Positions 42,469 through 49,920 of a stretch of 64,000 bases of DNA are shown here, in pieces. Source of the stretch: Oscillospiraceae bacterium (GTDB lineage Bacteria > Bacillota > Clostridia > Oscillospirales > CAG-382). The notes under the pieces were generated by a model that saw only the letters and a list, made by a program, of their open reading frames with translations, was not told where the DNA came from and searched no databases. A program made the position numbers and the translations under genes. The stretch is taken from positions 84,113 through 148,112 of the forward strand of contig SVRI01000002.1 in NCBI GenBank assembly GCA_015064895.1, given 5' to 3'. The stretch's first letter is position 1, and each line of letters begins with the position of its first letter.

Positions 42469-44265
42469 ATGTCAGAAGAAACAAGAAAAAATGAAAATGA
42501 ACAGATTGAAGAAAATGCAAAAAACAATGCTGTAGAAGCTGATGTTTCGGAAAGCACAACCGACACATCTGCTGATTCGCCGGAAGAGACAGCTTCTTTA
42601 ATATATGTTCCGAATGAGGAGATTTCCAATGGCGAAACTCCTGCCGAAGTCAATGTTTTTTACGTTCCGGATGAAAATGTTCTATTGTCATCGGATGGAT
42701 TCGATTCACCATCGACAGACAGTGACAATGCAGGCGAAACTTTAACCGAAGCATCAAATGAAACAAATGAAGAAGAAAGTTCTGCTTCGGCAATTTATGT
42801 CCCGAATGAGGTTGTTGAGGCAAAAAAGGACGCGGCAGGCAGCGACGAAGCTCCTCTCATATATGTTCCGGATTCTGAAGTCGGCATTTCAACAGATCCC
42901 CCCGCTCCGACCGAATTCAAAGACGGTGTTGCTTATACAAAAAACGCCGACGGAAATATAACAAACGGTTATGAGTGGAACGGTGCAGAGTCCAAATCCG
43001 ATGAGAAAGTAAAAAAAGAAAAGAAGGAATCGTCACGCACAGGTCTCAAAGTACTTCTCACAATCATGATTTCGATTTTTTCTGTTGCAACAATTGTAGG
43101 TCTTGCTTATTTTATTCCCGAATTAATACAAGACAGAAGCAAAAATAAAGAACAGGCTCCCGGTAATGTTGTTTCCGGTGATATACAGAATTCTGACAAT
43201 TATGATTACAGCCAAACAACGCTTAATAATGAAAACTATGTTTCTTACGAGTTTGATGAACACGCTCCCGATGAGTCACTTTCTATCCCCGAAATTGCTG
43301 CAAAGTGCACTCCTTCCTCTGTTGGTATCATTGCTGAGTCTGAATACACAACCGGCAATTTCTTCTTTGGTTATTCAACAGGCATCCAACAAGCTTCGGG
43401 CTCCGGCTTTGTGTACAGTGCCGAAGGCTACATTATAACAAACCATCACGTAGTTGAAGGTGCTGACAAAATTACGGTTGTCATGCATGACGGTTCTGAA
43501 TACGAGGCTGAGTTTTGGGCATCGGATTCACTTTCTGACATTGCAGTTCTCAAGATTGAACCCAAAGACGGCGAAGCATTCCTTCCCATAGAGCTCGGTG
43601 ATTCAAACGAGCTTGTTGTAGGTGAGTCTGTTGTTGCCATCGGATGTCCCGCAGGTATTGAGTTTATAAATACTGTAACTGACGGTATTATTTCATCCAT
43701 AAACAGAAATGTTAAGCTTACAGATGAATCAGGAAATACGCAAAAAACGATGGCTCTCATTCAGACAAATGCCACAATCAACCACGGCAATTCCGGCGGT
43801 CCCCTTATCAACAGCCGCGGACAGGTTATCGGCATCAACACCTTAAAGCTTGCCTCAGACTACGAGGGTATTGGTTTTGCAATTCCCATTAACGGTGCGG
43901 TATCCATTATTAATCAGCTTATCGATTATAAGGAAGTCAAAGAGAGAACTGATGAAGATTTTGTATACGGCAAGAGCATAATCGGCATTGAAGGCTCTGA
44001 TATTACCGAGGTCGAATCTAATTATTATGATATTCCCCAGGGTGTCCTCGTCGTGCAAATTGATAAGAATTCTTCTGCTGCCAAGGCCGGTCTCAAGCGC
44101 GGAGACATTATCACGCACTTTAACGGAAAAGAAGTAAAGAGTATTAATGAACTCAACAATGCCAAGATCAATATGAGACCGGGTACTGAAGTCACGGTTA
44201 CTGTATACAGAGATGATGAAGGCGAAAAACTTACAATCAAATTCAAGCTTGAAGCTTCAGAATAA
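42469..44265 (+). CDS. htrA: HtrA/DegP-family (S1C) serine protease with PDZ domain and a long acidic N-terminal region
   Basis: 598 aa. One TM segment (LKVLLTIMISIFSVATIVGLAYFI). Catalytic residues in ITNHHVV, DIAVLKI and GNSGGPL. C-terminal PDZ (GVLVVQIDKNSSAAKAGLKRGDIITHFNGKEV). Confidence 0.88.
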   Translation: MSEETRKNENEQIEENAKNNAVEADVSESTTDTSADSPEETASLIYVPNEEISNGETPAEVNVFYVPDENVLLSSDGFDSPSTDSDNAGETLTEASNETNEEESSASAIYVPNEVVEAKKDAAGSDEAPLIYVPDSEVGISTDPPAPTEFKDGVAYTKNADGNITNGYEWNGAESKSDEKVKKEKKESSRTGLKVLLTIMISIFSVATIVGLAYFIPELIQDRSKNKEQAPGNVVSGDIQNSDNYDYSQTTLNNENYVSYEFDEHAPDESLSIPEIAAKCTPSSVGIIAESEYTTGNFFFGYSTGIQQASGSGFVYSAEGYIITNHHVVEGADKITVVMHDGSEYEAEFWASDSLSDIAVLKIEPKDGEAFLPIELGDSNELVVGESVVAIGCPAGIEFINTVTDGIISSINRNVKLTDESGNTQKTMALIQTNATINHGNSGGPLINSRGQVIGINTLKLASDYEGIGFAIPINGAVSIINQLIDYKEVKERTDEDFVYGKSIIGIEGSDITEVESNYYDIPQGVLVVQIDKNSSAAKAGLKRGDIITHFNGKEVKSINELNNAKINMRPGTEVTVTVYRDDEGEKLTIKFKLEASE

Positions 44266-44275
44266 AATTTAATTT

Positions 44276-44304
44276 AAGGTGCGGTGCAAATGCCGCACCT
44301 TTTT
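44276..44304 (+). terminator. Rho-independent terminator after htrA
   Basis: aaggtgcgg (44276-84) pairs with ccgcacctt (44293-301), followed by ttttg. Confidence 0.8.
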
Positions 44305-44391
44305 GTATCATTTCAAGTAGGCACTTTTATTGACAAACACACCGCATGAGAGTATAATATATTTTAGCAAAGAATCGAAAAGAGGTAAAAC

Positions 44392-45216
44392 ATGTATTTC
44401 GATACTCACACCCATACAATGCATTCATGTGATTCTTCCAAAATCCCCGAAGACGGTGTTCTTACAGCAATCAAAAACGGGCTTTCGGGCATTGCAATTA
44501 CCGACCACAGTGATCTTAGGCTTTTTGAACCATACAACATCCCCACCGAAATTCCTGCCTCATGCCGCGAAGCTGACAGGTTGGCAGAAAAGTACAAGGG
44601 CAAAATACAGGTTTTTTCGGGAATTGAAATAAGCGATGCCGCAATTCCCAGATATCATGACAGATTGGATGCCGCCCTTAATTTCTATGACTATGATACT
44701 GTTCTTGCAAGTGTGCACATTGTAGACCTCTATGACAAGCCATGTGAGTTTTCAAGTACGGATTTTTCTAATTTTGATACTGAAACACTTACAAAACTCA
44801 TGGACACCTACTTTGAATACATGCTCAAAACGGTTTATGAAAACAGCTACTCTGCACTTTGTCATGTGACATATCCTCTAAGATATATCAACGGTATTTA
44901 CAAGCATGGCTTTACTCTTGATTCTTACACAAAGCGAATTGAAGATATTTTCAAGGTCATAATTGACAAAAAAATCGCCCTTGAAATTAATACTGCCAAG
45001 TGCACAAAAGACAATCCCTGTGCCTTCTGTCCCGAAGAGGATTTACTAGAATTATATCTGTCGGTTGGCGGGAAAATGTTCAGTCTTGCCTCCGACAGCC
45101 ACATTGCCGGCAGTGAAGGAAGATGCTTTGAAAATGCGGCTGCATTTCTCAAGGAACACGGGATTTTCGGCTGTTACTACTTCAAAAAAAGAGAACCTAT
45201 CTATTACGAAATATAA
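44392..45216 (+). CDS. PHP-domain phosphoesterase (HisJ-family histidinol-phosphatase-like)
   Basis: 274 aa. N-terminus MYFDTHTHTMHSCDS plus later His/Asp motifs (ITDHSD, SVHIV, ASDSH) typical of PHP hydrolases. Confidence 0.6.
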   Translation: MYFDTHTHTMHSCDSSKIPEDGVLTAIKNGLSGIAITDHSDLRLFEPYNIPTEIPASCREADRLAEKYKGKIQVFSGIEISDAAIPRYHDRLDAALNFYDYDTVLASVHIVDLYDKPCEFSSTDFSNFDTETLTKLMDTYFEYMLKTVYENSYSALCHVTYPLRYINGIYKHGFTLDSYTKRIEDIFKVIIDKKIALEINTAKCTKDNPCAFCPEEDLLELYLSVGGKMFSLASDSHIAGSEGRCFENAAAFLKEHGIFGCYYFKKREPIYYEI

Positions 45217-45229
45217 AGAAGGTGAGTAA

Positions 45230-46726
45230 ATGTACACATTAAGTCCCAAAACAATTAAAGATGCCGATGCCCTTGCCGTATCAAAGTACGGCATTTCCGA
45301 GCTTACTTTAATGAAAAATGCCGCTAAAAGCTGTCACAAGTACATTTACACTCTTATCACAAAAAATGACAGGGTTACAATACTCTGCGGAAAAGGAAAC
45401 AACGGCGGTGACGGATACGAAATCGCCTCCCTGCTGAAAAATGACGGTTTTGACATTACTGTAATAAATGTATTTGACACAATTCCGGGCACAGATACGG
45501 CAAAGCATGTATTTGACGACTGCTTGAAAAACGGAGTCAATGTTTTAGCCTTTGCGGAGTATGAAAAAGTTCTTTCCAAGTCAACCGTCATAATTGATGC
45601 TGTTTTCGGTGTCGGTTTTTACGGAAGTATTGACAAGTCTTCCGATTTAGGAAAACTATTCTCATTATGTAACGGTCTCGACGTTCTCAGAATTGCGATT
45701 GATACACCGTCAGGAATAAATTCCGCCGACGGCACATGCAGAGGCATCGCTTTTGCTGCCGACCATACAATCACCATGGCATACATCAAAACGGGAATGG
45801 TATCATACCCTGCAAAGAAATACTGCGGTAATATTATGACTGCTGACATAGAGTATCCGAAAGAGCTTTGCGATGAGATTTTAAAAGATGCTCTGATCCC
45901 CGATGATGATTATATCAAAACAGTCATTCCAAAAAGGAGTGTCGATTCACACAAGGGCACTTACGGACGTCTTCTGATGTTTTGCGGATGTCAGAACATG
46001 ACGGGCGCCGCTATTCTCAGTGCCAAGGCTGCACTTCGTTCGGGTGCGGGTCTTGTAAACATTGCCCGTGACAAAGGGACAATACGGATTCTTCAATCCC
46101 ATCTTACCGAACCCATTTTCTCTCCCATTTCGGAAAATGCCGAAAACGATTTATTATCATTGTCCGAAAAGGCAACGGCAGTACTCACAGGATGCGGTCT
46201 CGGTACTTCCGAATATGACAAAAACGCACTTTATTCACTGATAAAAAATGCAAATTGCAACTTAATTATTGATGCAGACGGTATAAATCTTATTTGTGAG
46301 AATACAATTATATTAAAGGAAGCAAAAAAGCCTCCCATTCTCACACCCCATCCCCTTGAGTTTTCAAGACTTTTGGGTAAAACCGTATCAGAAATTCAGC
46401 AAGACAGAATCAACTGTGCAAAAAGCTTTGCTAAGGAGTACAGATGTGTTTTGGTGCTCAAAGGTGCAGCAACGGTTATTGCATCACCCGACGGAAGACT
46501 TGCCGTTAACACAACCGGAAATCCGGGGCTCGCAAAGGGCGGAAGCGGTGATGTTCTTGCAGGTGTTATCTCATCCTTATGTGCTCAAGGATTGCCGCCT
46601 TTTGAAAGTGCAGTATGCGGTGTTTATCTACACGGCAAAGCCGCAGATATTCTCAAAGAAACAATAGGTGAGTATGGAATGTTGCCCTCGGATCTGCCGT
46701 TGGAAATTGCAAAGCTGCTTCCTTAA
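45230..46726 (+). CDS. nnr: bifunctional NAD(P)H-hydrate repair enzyme Nnr (epimerase plus ADP-dependent dehydratase)
   Basis: 498 aa. YjeF-N motif CGKGNNGGDG. C-terminal kinase-like domain with HKGTYGRLL and AKGGSGDVLAG. Confidence 0.88.
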   Translation: MYTLSPKTIKDADALAVSKYGISELTLMKNAAKSCHKYIYTLITKNDRVTILCGKGNNGGDGYEIASLLKNDGFDITVINVFDTIPGTDTAKHVFDDCLKNGVNVLAFAEYEKVLSKSTVIIDAVFGVGFYGSIDKSSDLGKLFSLCNGLDVLRIAIDTPSGINSADGTCRGIAFAADHTITMAYIKTGMVSYPAKKYCGNIMTADIEYPKELCDEILKDALIPDDDYIKTVIPKRSVDSHKGTYGRLLMFCGCQNMTGAAILSAKAALRSGAGLVNIARDKGTIRILQSHLTEPIFSPISENAENDLLSLSEKATAVLTGCGLGTSEYDKNALYSLIKNANCNLIIDADGINLICENTIILKEAKKPPILTPHPLEFSRLLGKTVSEIQQDRINCAKSFAKEYRCVLVLKGAATVIASPDGRLAVNTTGNPGLAKGGSGDVLAGVISSLCAQGLPPFESAVCGVYLHGKAADILKETIGEYGMLPSDLPLEIAKLLP

Positions 46727-46749
46727 TATCTGCTAAGGAATGGTGCTGT

Positions 46750-47346
46750 ATCAAACCGACAAAGCTTTCATTTTTCACCGTATTAATTACACTGTTGTTA
46801 TTTTGTCTATGCTCATGTGCACAAGACAGGTTTGAAAAAGAGCGTCTATGTTCAACTCTTTATTCCCACTACAGCACAAAGGCTGACTTTATCATTTCAG
46901 ACGGCGAAAACAACACAAGCGGAAAGGCTGACATTTCAAAGCGCGACACGACGACCGTCACCTTTTCTGAGCCGTCGGTATACGGCGGAATCTCAATCAA
47001 AAGCGATAATACGGGAAATGCCGACACTTTTATCTTTGAATTATCGGGAATACCTGCAAAGGTCCCCAAAAGTCTCTCGGGTGATTTATCCTTGATTTTC
47101 TCTTTATTTTCGGATAACATACCCACCAAAATCAAATCACTTGACTCTACAGCTTTTCGTGAATCATCCCGCAAAGACAAAAACGGGAAAGCACTGACCG
47201 AAGTATCCTTTATTGAAAACGGTTACAACTATACCGTAACGTATGACAAAGATACAGGCATTCCACAATCTATTGATGCAGGAAACGACAAACTTTCCGT
47301 CAGTATTGAACTTTCGGATTTCAAAACAATAAACAATCAGCAATAA
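46750..47346 (+). CDS. putative lipoprotein (YdcC-like by position upstream of alr); start codon unresolved
   Basis: The ORF track starts at TTG 46795 (MLFCLCSCAQD). The in-frame upstream sequence encodes the rest of a lipoprotein signal (.KPTKLSFFTVLITLLLFCLCSC) but has no ATG, GTG or TTG. ATC 46750 has TAAGGAA 9 nt upstream. Only 46795-47346 is secure. Confidence 0.5.
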   Translation: MKPTKLSFFTVLITLLLFCLCSCAQDRFEKERLCSTLYSHYSTKADFIISDGENNTSGKADISKRDTTTVTFSEPSVYGGISIKSDNTGNADTFIFELSGIPAKVPKSLSGDLSLIFSLFSDNIPTKIKSLDSTAFRESSRKDKNGKALTEVSFIENGYNYTVTYDKDTGIPQSIDAGNDKLSVSIELSDFKTINNQQ

Positions 47347-47359
47347 CATACAGAAAAGA

Positions 47360-48463
47360 ATGGAAAAAATGACAAAAGAACTGAAAACATGGTGCAACAT
47401 CAATCTTGATGCCATCGCACACAACTACAAATACACCTGTTCAAGAACAGATTCCGCGGTAATATGTGTTATCAAGGCAAATGCATACGGACACGGTGCT
47501 GTCCCTATTGCAAGGCGTCTTTACGACGAGGGGTGCAGGAGCTTTGCGGTTTCCTCCATTGAAGAGGCTCTTGAACTTCGTTTAGGCGGAATAACAGACT
47601 GCTGTATTCTTGTTCTCGGGTATGTCCTTCCCTGCCGTATAAAAGAGGCAGTTGAAAACGACATTTCGTTCGCCCTGGCTTCATACGATTTCGCAAAACA
47701 ACTTTGTGAAACTGACACAGAAAAAGCACCAAAGGTACATATAAAGCTAAACACCGGCATGAACCGTACAGGATTTACTGTGTGTCATAATTCAGGATAT
47801 CAGGAGTTAGCCGAGGCAATTGAGCTTATACGAGAGAATAACATAGAGGTTGAGGGTGTTTTTTCTCACTTTGCAAAGGCTGAAGATGACACTGCTTTCT
47901 CTCAAAAGCAATGGGGATATTTTGAAAACGCCGTCGATTTTATAAAATCAAAGGGTGTTTCTCCAAAAGTGATTCACATTTGCAACAGCATGGGCACTTA
48001 CAATTATCCTTCCATGCATCTTGATGCCGTAAGGCTTGGCATTCACCTTTACGGATGCAGTTCGGATGACAAAAACTATCTTCCTGCCATGGATTTCTAT
48101 ACAAGAATAGTCGACATACACACATTGAAAGAGGGCGACGGTGTCAGCTACGGTCTTGACTTTATTGCTGACAAAGAAATGAAAATTGCCGTTATCGGTG
48201 CAGGCTATGCCGACGGCATTTTCAGATGCCTTTCAGACGGCAAGGGGTATGTTCTTGTCAGAGGTAAAAAATGCCCTATCCTCGGAAGAGTCTGCATGGA
48301 CATGACAATGATTGACATAAGTCATGTTCCGGATGCGAAAGTTTGTGACGTTGTTACAATCTGGGGCGAAGGTCTTTCTGCCGACGAGCAAGCAAAAAAT
48401 GCAGGAACCATCAGTTACGAGCTTTTATGTTCGGTAGCTCCAAGAGTTACGAGGGTATATTAA
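47360..48463 (+). CDS. alr: alanine racemase
   Basis: 367 aa. PLP-lysine motif VIKANAYGHG, plus later RLGIHLYG and VSYG motifs. Confidence 0.92.
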   Translation: MEKMTKELKTWCNINLDAIAHNYKYTCSRTDSAVICVIKANAYGHGAVPIARRLYDEGCRSFAVSSIEEALELRLGGITDCCILVLGYVLPCRIKEAVENDISFALASYDFAKQLCETDTEKAPKVHIKLNTGMNRTGFTVCHNSGYQELAEAIELIRENNIEVEGVFSHFAKAEDDTAFSQKQWGYFENAVDFIKSKGVSPKVIHICNSMGTYNYPSMHLDAVRLGIHLYGCSSDDKNYLPAMDFYTRIVDIHTLKEGDGVSYGLDFIADKEMKIAVIGAGYADGIFRCLSDGKGYVLVRGKKCPILGRVCMDMTMIDISHVPDAKVCDVVTIWGEGLSADEQAKNAGTISYELLCSVAPRVTRVY

Positions 48464-48487
48464 TAAAAAATGTTTCCTTAGGGATAG

Positions 48488-48512
48488 AAGGCGTACTGCG
48501 GTACGCCTTTTG
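48488..48512 (+). terminator. Rho-independent terminator after alr (also the terminal hairpin module of the family A repeat)
   Basis: aaggcgtac (48488-96) pairs with gtacgcctt (48501-09), followed by ttgtcg. A homologous hairpin sits at 10787-10810. Confidence 0.65.
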
Positions 48513-49113
48513 TCGTTCTTTTGTCCCGAAACAAAAGAACCAAAAATTCTCCGCTCAAAAGGAGAGAGGGCTCGGTTGAGGTTATGGCAAAGACGGAAAA
48601 GGTTCGTCTTGACCACGGGATGGGTCAAGACTCAGGTTCGCAATAAGTAAGCTTTCGCAATCTCAACCTACGCTGACTTCTCTCCTTTGCCGCGGCGGCT
48701 TACCTCTCACAACGCGGGTAAGTGTTTACAGGATTTAAGCCTTAATTATCGCGAAAATGCCAAAGACATAACTTGGTATACTCTGTTTAACCACATTTAA
48801 TCCAACCAACCGAATTAACTTTGAATTTGCACCAACACCAAGAGAGAGGAGTTAAGCCGCCACGGCGAAAGAGGGGAAGTTAGCGGAATGAGGGCGGCAG
48901 TATCATTTAAGTTTGAAGAAATTCAAATTTTGACGGCTTGGTAGAAGTAGCTTGTTTCATTTGTCCTAGTCAAAATTTGCCTTTTGTACTTTGCTTTTCC
49001 CGAATGAGCCATCCCCTCTTGTTGAGTGGGCGTTTTTGGTACTTTTGTCGATACAAAAGTACAGAAAAAGAATAAACACAAAAAAGCCAGCAAGCACAAA
49101 CTTACTGGCTTTT
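48513..49113. repeat. family A modular structured repeat, copy 3: two diverged units in inverted orientation around a shared 135-nt core
   Basis: Unit b is on the plus strand at 48515-48708. The core is 48709-48843. Unit a is on the minus strand at 49062-48844, with the H0 hairpin at 49084-49111. See the findings for helices and covariation. Confidence 0.8.
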
Positions 49114-49149
49114 ATTTGTTCCCTATATGAATACACCTTATGCTGTCTT

Positions 49150-49515
49150 TTATATATGCTTTATAAAAACCGTAACATTTTTCTTTTTTGCATATTCTAT
49201 AAGACTCTTTGTTCCTCTTGAATTGCTGTCCCAAAAGGCAACAACCACATCACTTTTTTCAACCATTTCCCTGTTTCTTTTAGGTCCTGCAGATCTGCCG
49301 TATTTTTTCCAATCTGCAGGATAAATTTCAATTTCATATCCCTTTTCGGATGCATACTTTTCTGCCATCAGATCGGTGCCTTTGCAATGTCCCGACAAAA
49401 TTATAATTCTGTCATGATGATTTATGCTTTCGATACATTCTCCTACGAATTTACTGAAAATTTTGTAATTATCAAAAGTTCTGCATCCGCCTATTGTTAG
49501 TCTTATCGTTTTCAT
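49150..49515 (-). CDS. DUF2493 / SLOG-family protein
   Basis: 121 aa. The pattern IILSGHCKGTDLMAEKYA..G..I..YPADWKKYGRSAGPKRNREMVE.SDVVVAFWDSNSRGTKSLIEYA matches what I remember of DUF2493 (a Rossmann-like SLOG fold). Confidence 0.65.
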   Translation of the reverse strand: MKTIRLTIGGCRTFDNYKIFSKFVGECIESINHHDRIIILSGHCKGTDLMAEKYASEKGYEIEIYPADWKKYGRSAGPKRNREMVEKSDVVVAFWDSNSRGTKSLIEYAKKKNVTVFIKHI

Positions 49516-49529
49516 TTTAGCACCCTTAT

Positions 49530-49574
49530 AATTCTGTTTTGGAATTATTTACATTATAATTCTTTTACGGAATT
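49530..49574. promoter_or_regulatory. two operator-like palindromes in the DUF2493/XRE divergent region
   Basis: TATAATTC-N7-GAATT occurs twice: AATTCtgttttgGAATT at 49530-46 and AATTCttttacgGAATT at 49558-74, 28 bp apart. Each overlaps a TATAAT hexamer. Confidence 0.45.
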
Positions 49575-49629
49575 TTGTCAATCGTATCATCTTTTATAAT
49601 TTGGTAAAGATTATTAAAGGGTGATTGTT

Positions 49630-49875
49630 TTGAAGATTCGTAAAAAAGACTACGGAAACGCAAATATGGTTGGTAAACAAATTGAATCCATTAGGAAATC
49701 GCATGGCATCAAGCAAAAGGATTTTGTATCAAAAATGCAAGTTTTAGGTGTTGACATCAACCCTACAAGTTATTCAAAGCTAGAAGGTCAGTTACGTATC
49801 GTTACCGACAAAGAATTATATGCCATTTCAAAAATACTCGGTATAACCATTGATGAATTGTTTAATAAGGAATAA
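49630..49875 (+). CDS. XRE-family helix-turn-helix transcriptional regulator
   Basis: GKQIESIRKSHGIKQKDFVSKMQVLGVDINPTSYSKLE is a Cro/C1-type HTH. The start is ambiguous: GTG 49621, TTG 49630 (AGGGTG 6 nt upstream) or ATG 49666. Confidence 0.75.
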   Translation: MKIRKKDYGNANMVGKQIESIRKSHGIKQKDFVSKMQVLGVDINPTSYSKLEGQLRIVTDKELYAISKILGITIDELFNKE

Positions 49876-49887
49876 TCAAGGCAACAT

Positions 49888-49916
49888 AAAAAGCCGCGGC
49901 ACTGCCGCGGCTTTAC
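49888..49916. terminator. bidirectional terminator between the XRE gene and ftsH
   Basis: aaagccgcggc (49890-900) pairs with gccgcggcttt (49904-14). It is flanked by an A-run on the left and a T-rich stretch on the right. Confidence 0.7.
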
Positions 49917-49920
49917 TTAT

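Noticed and set aside
48513-49113. Family A element considered as RNase P RNA, tmRNA, SRP RNA, 6S RNA, a T-box or a group II intron fragment
   Set aside because: I could not find the hallmark strings I know: the RNase P GAGGAAAGUCC core, the tmRNA tRNA-like end and tag ORF, the SRP GGAA/AGCA domain IV, the T-box 14-mer, or group II domain V. The element is also multi-copy, which those genes are not. Identity with a large-RNA family I cannot recall (for example ROOL or GOLLD) remains untested.
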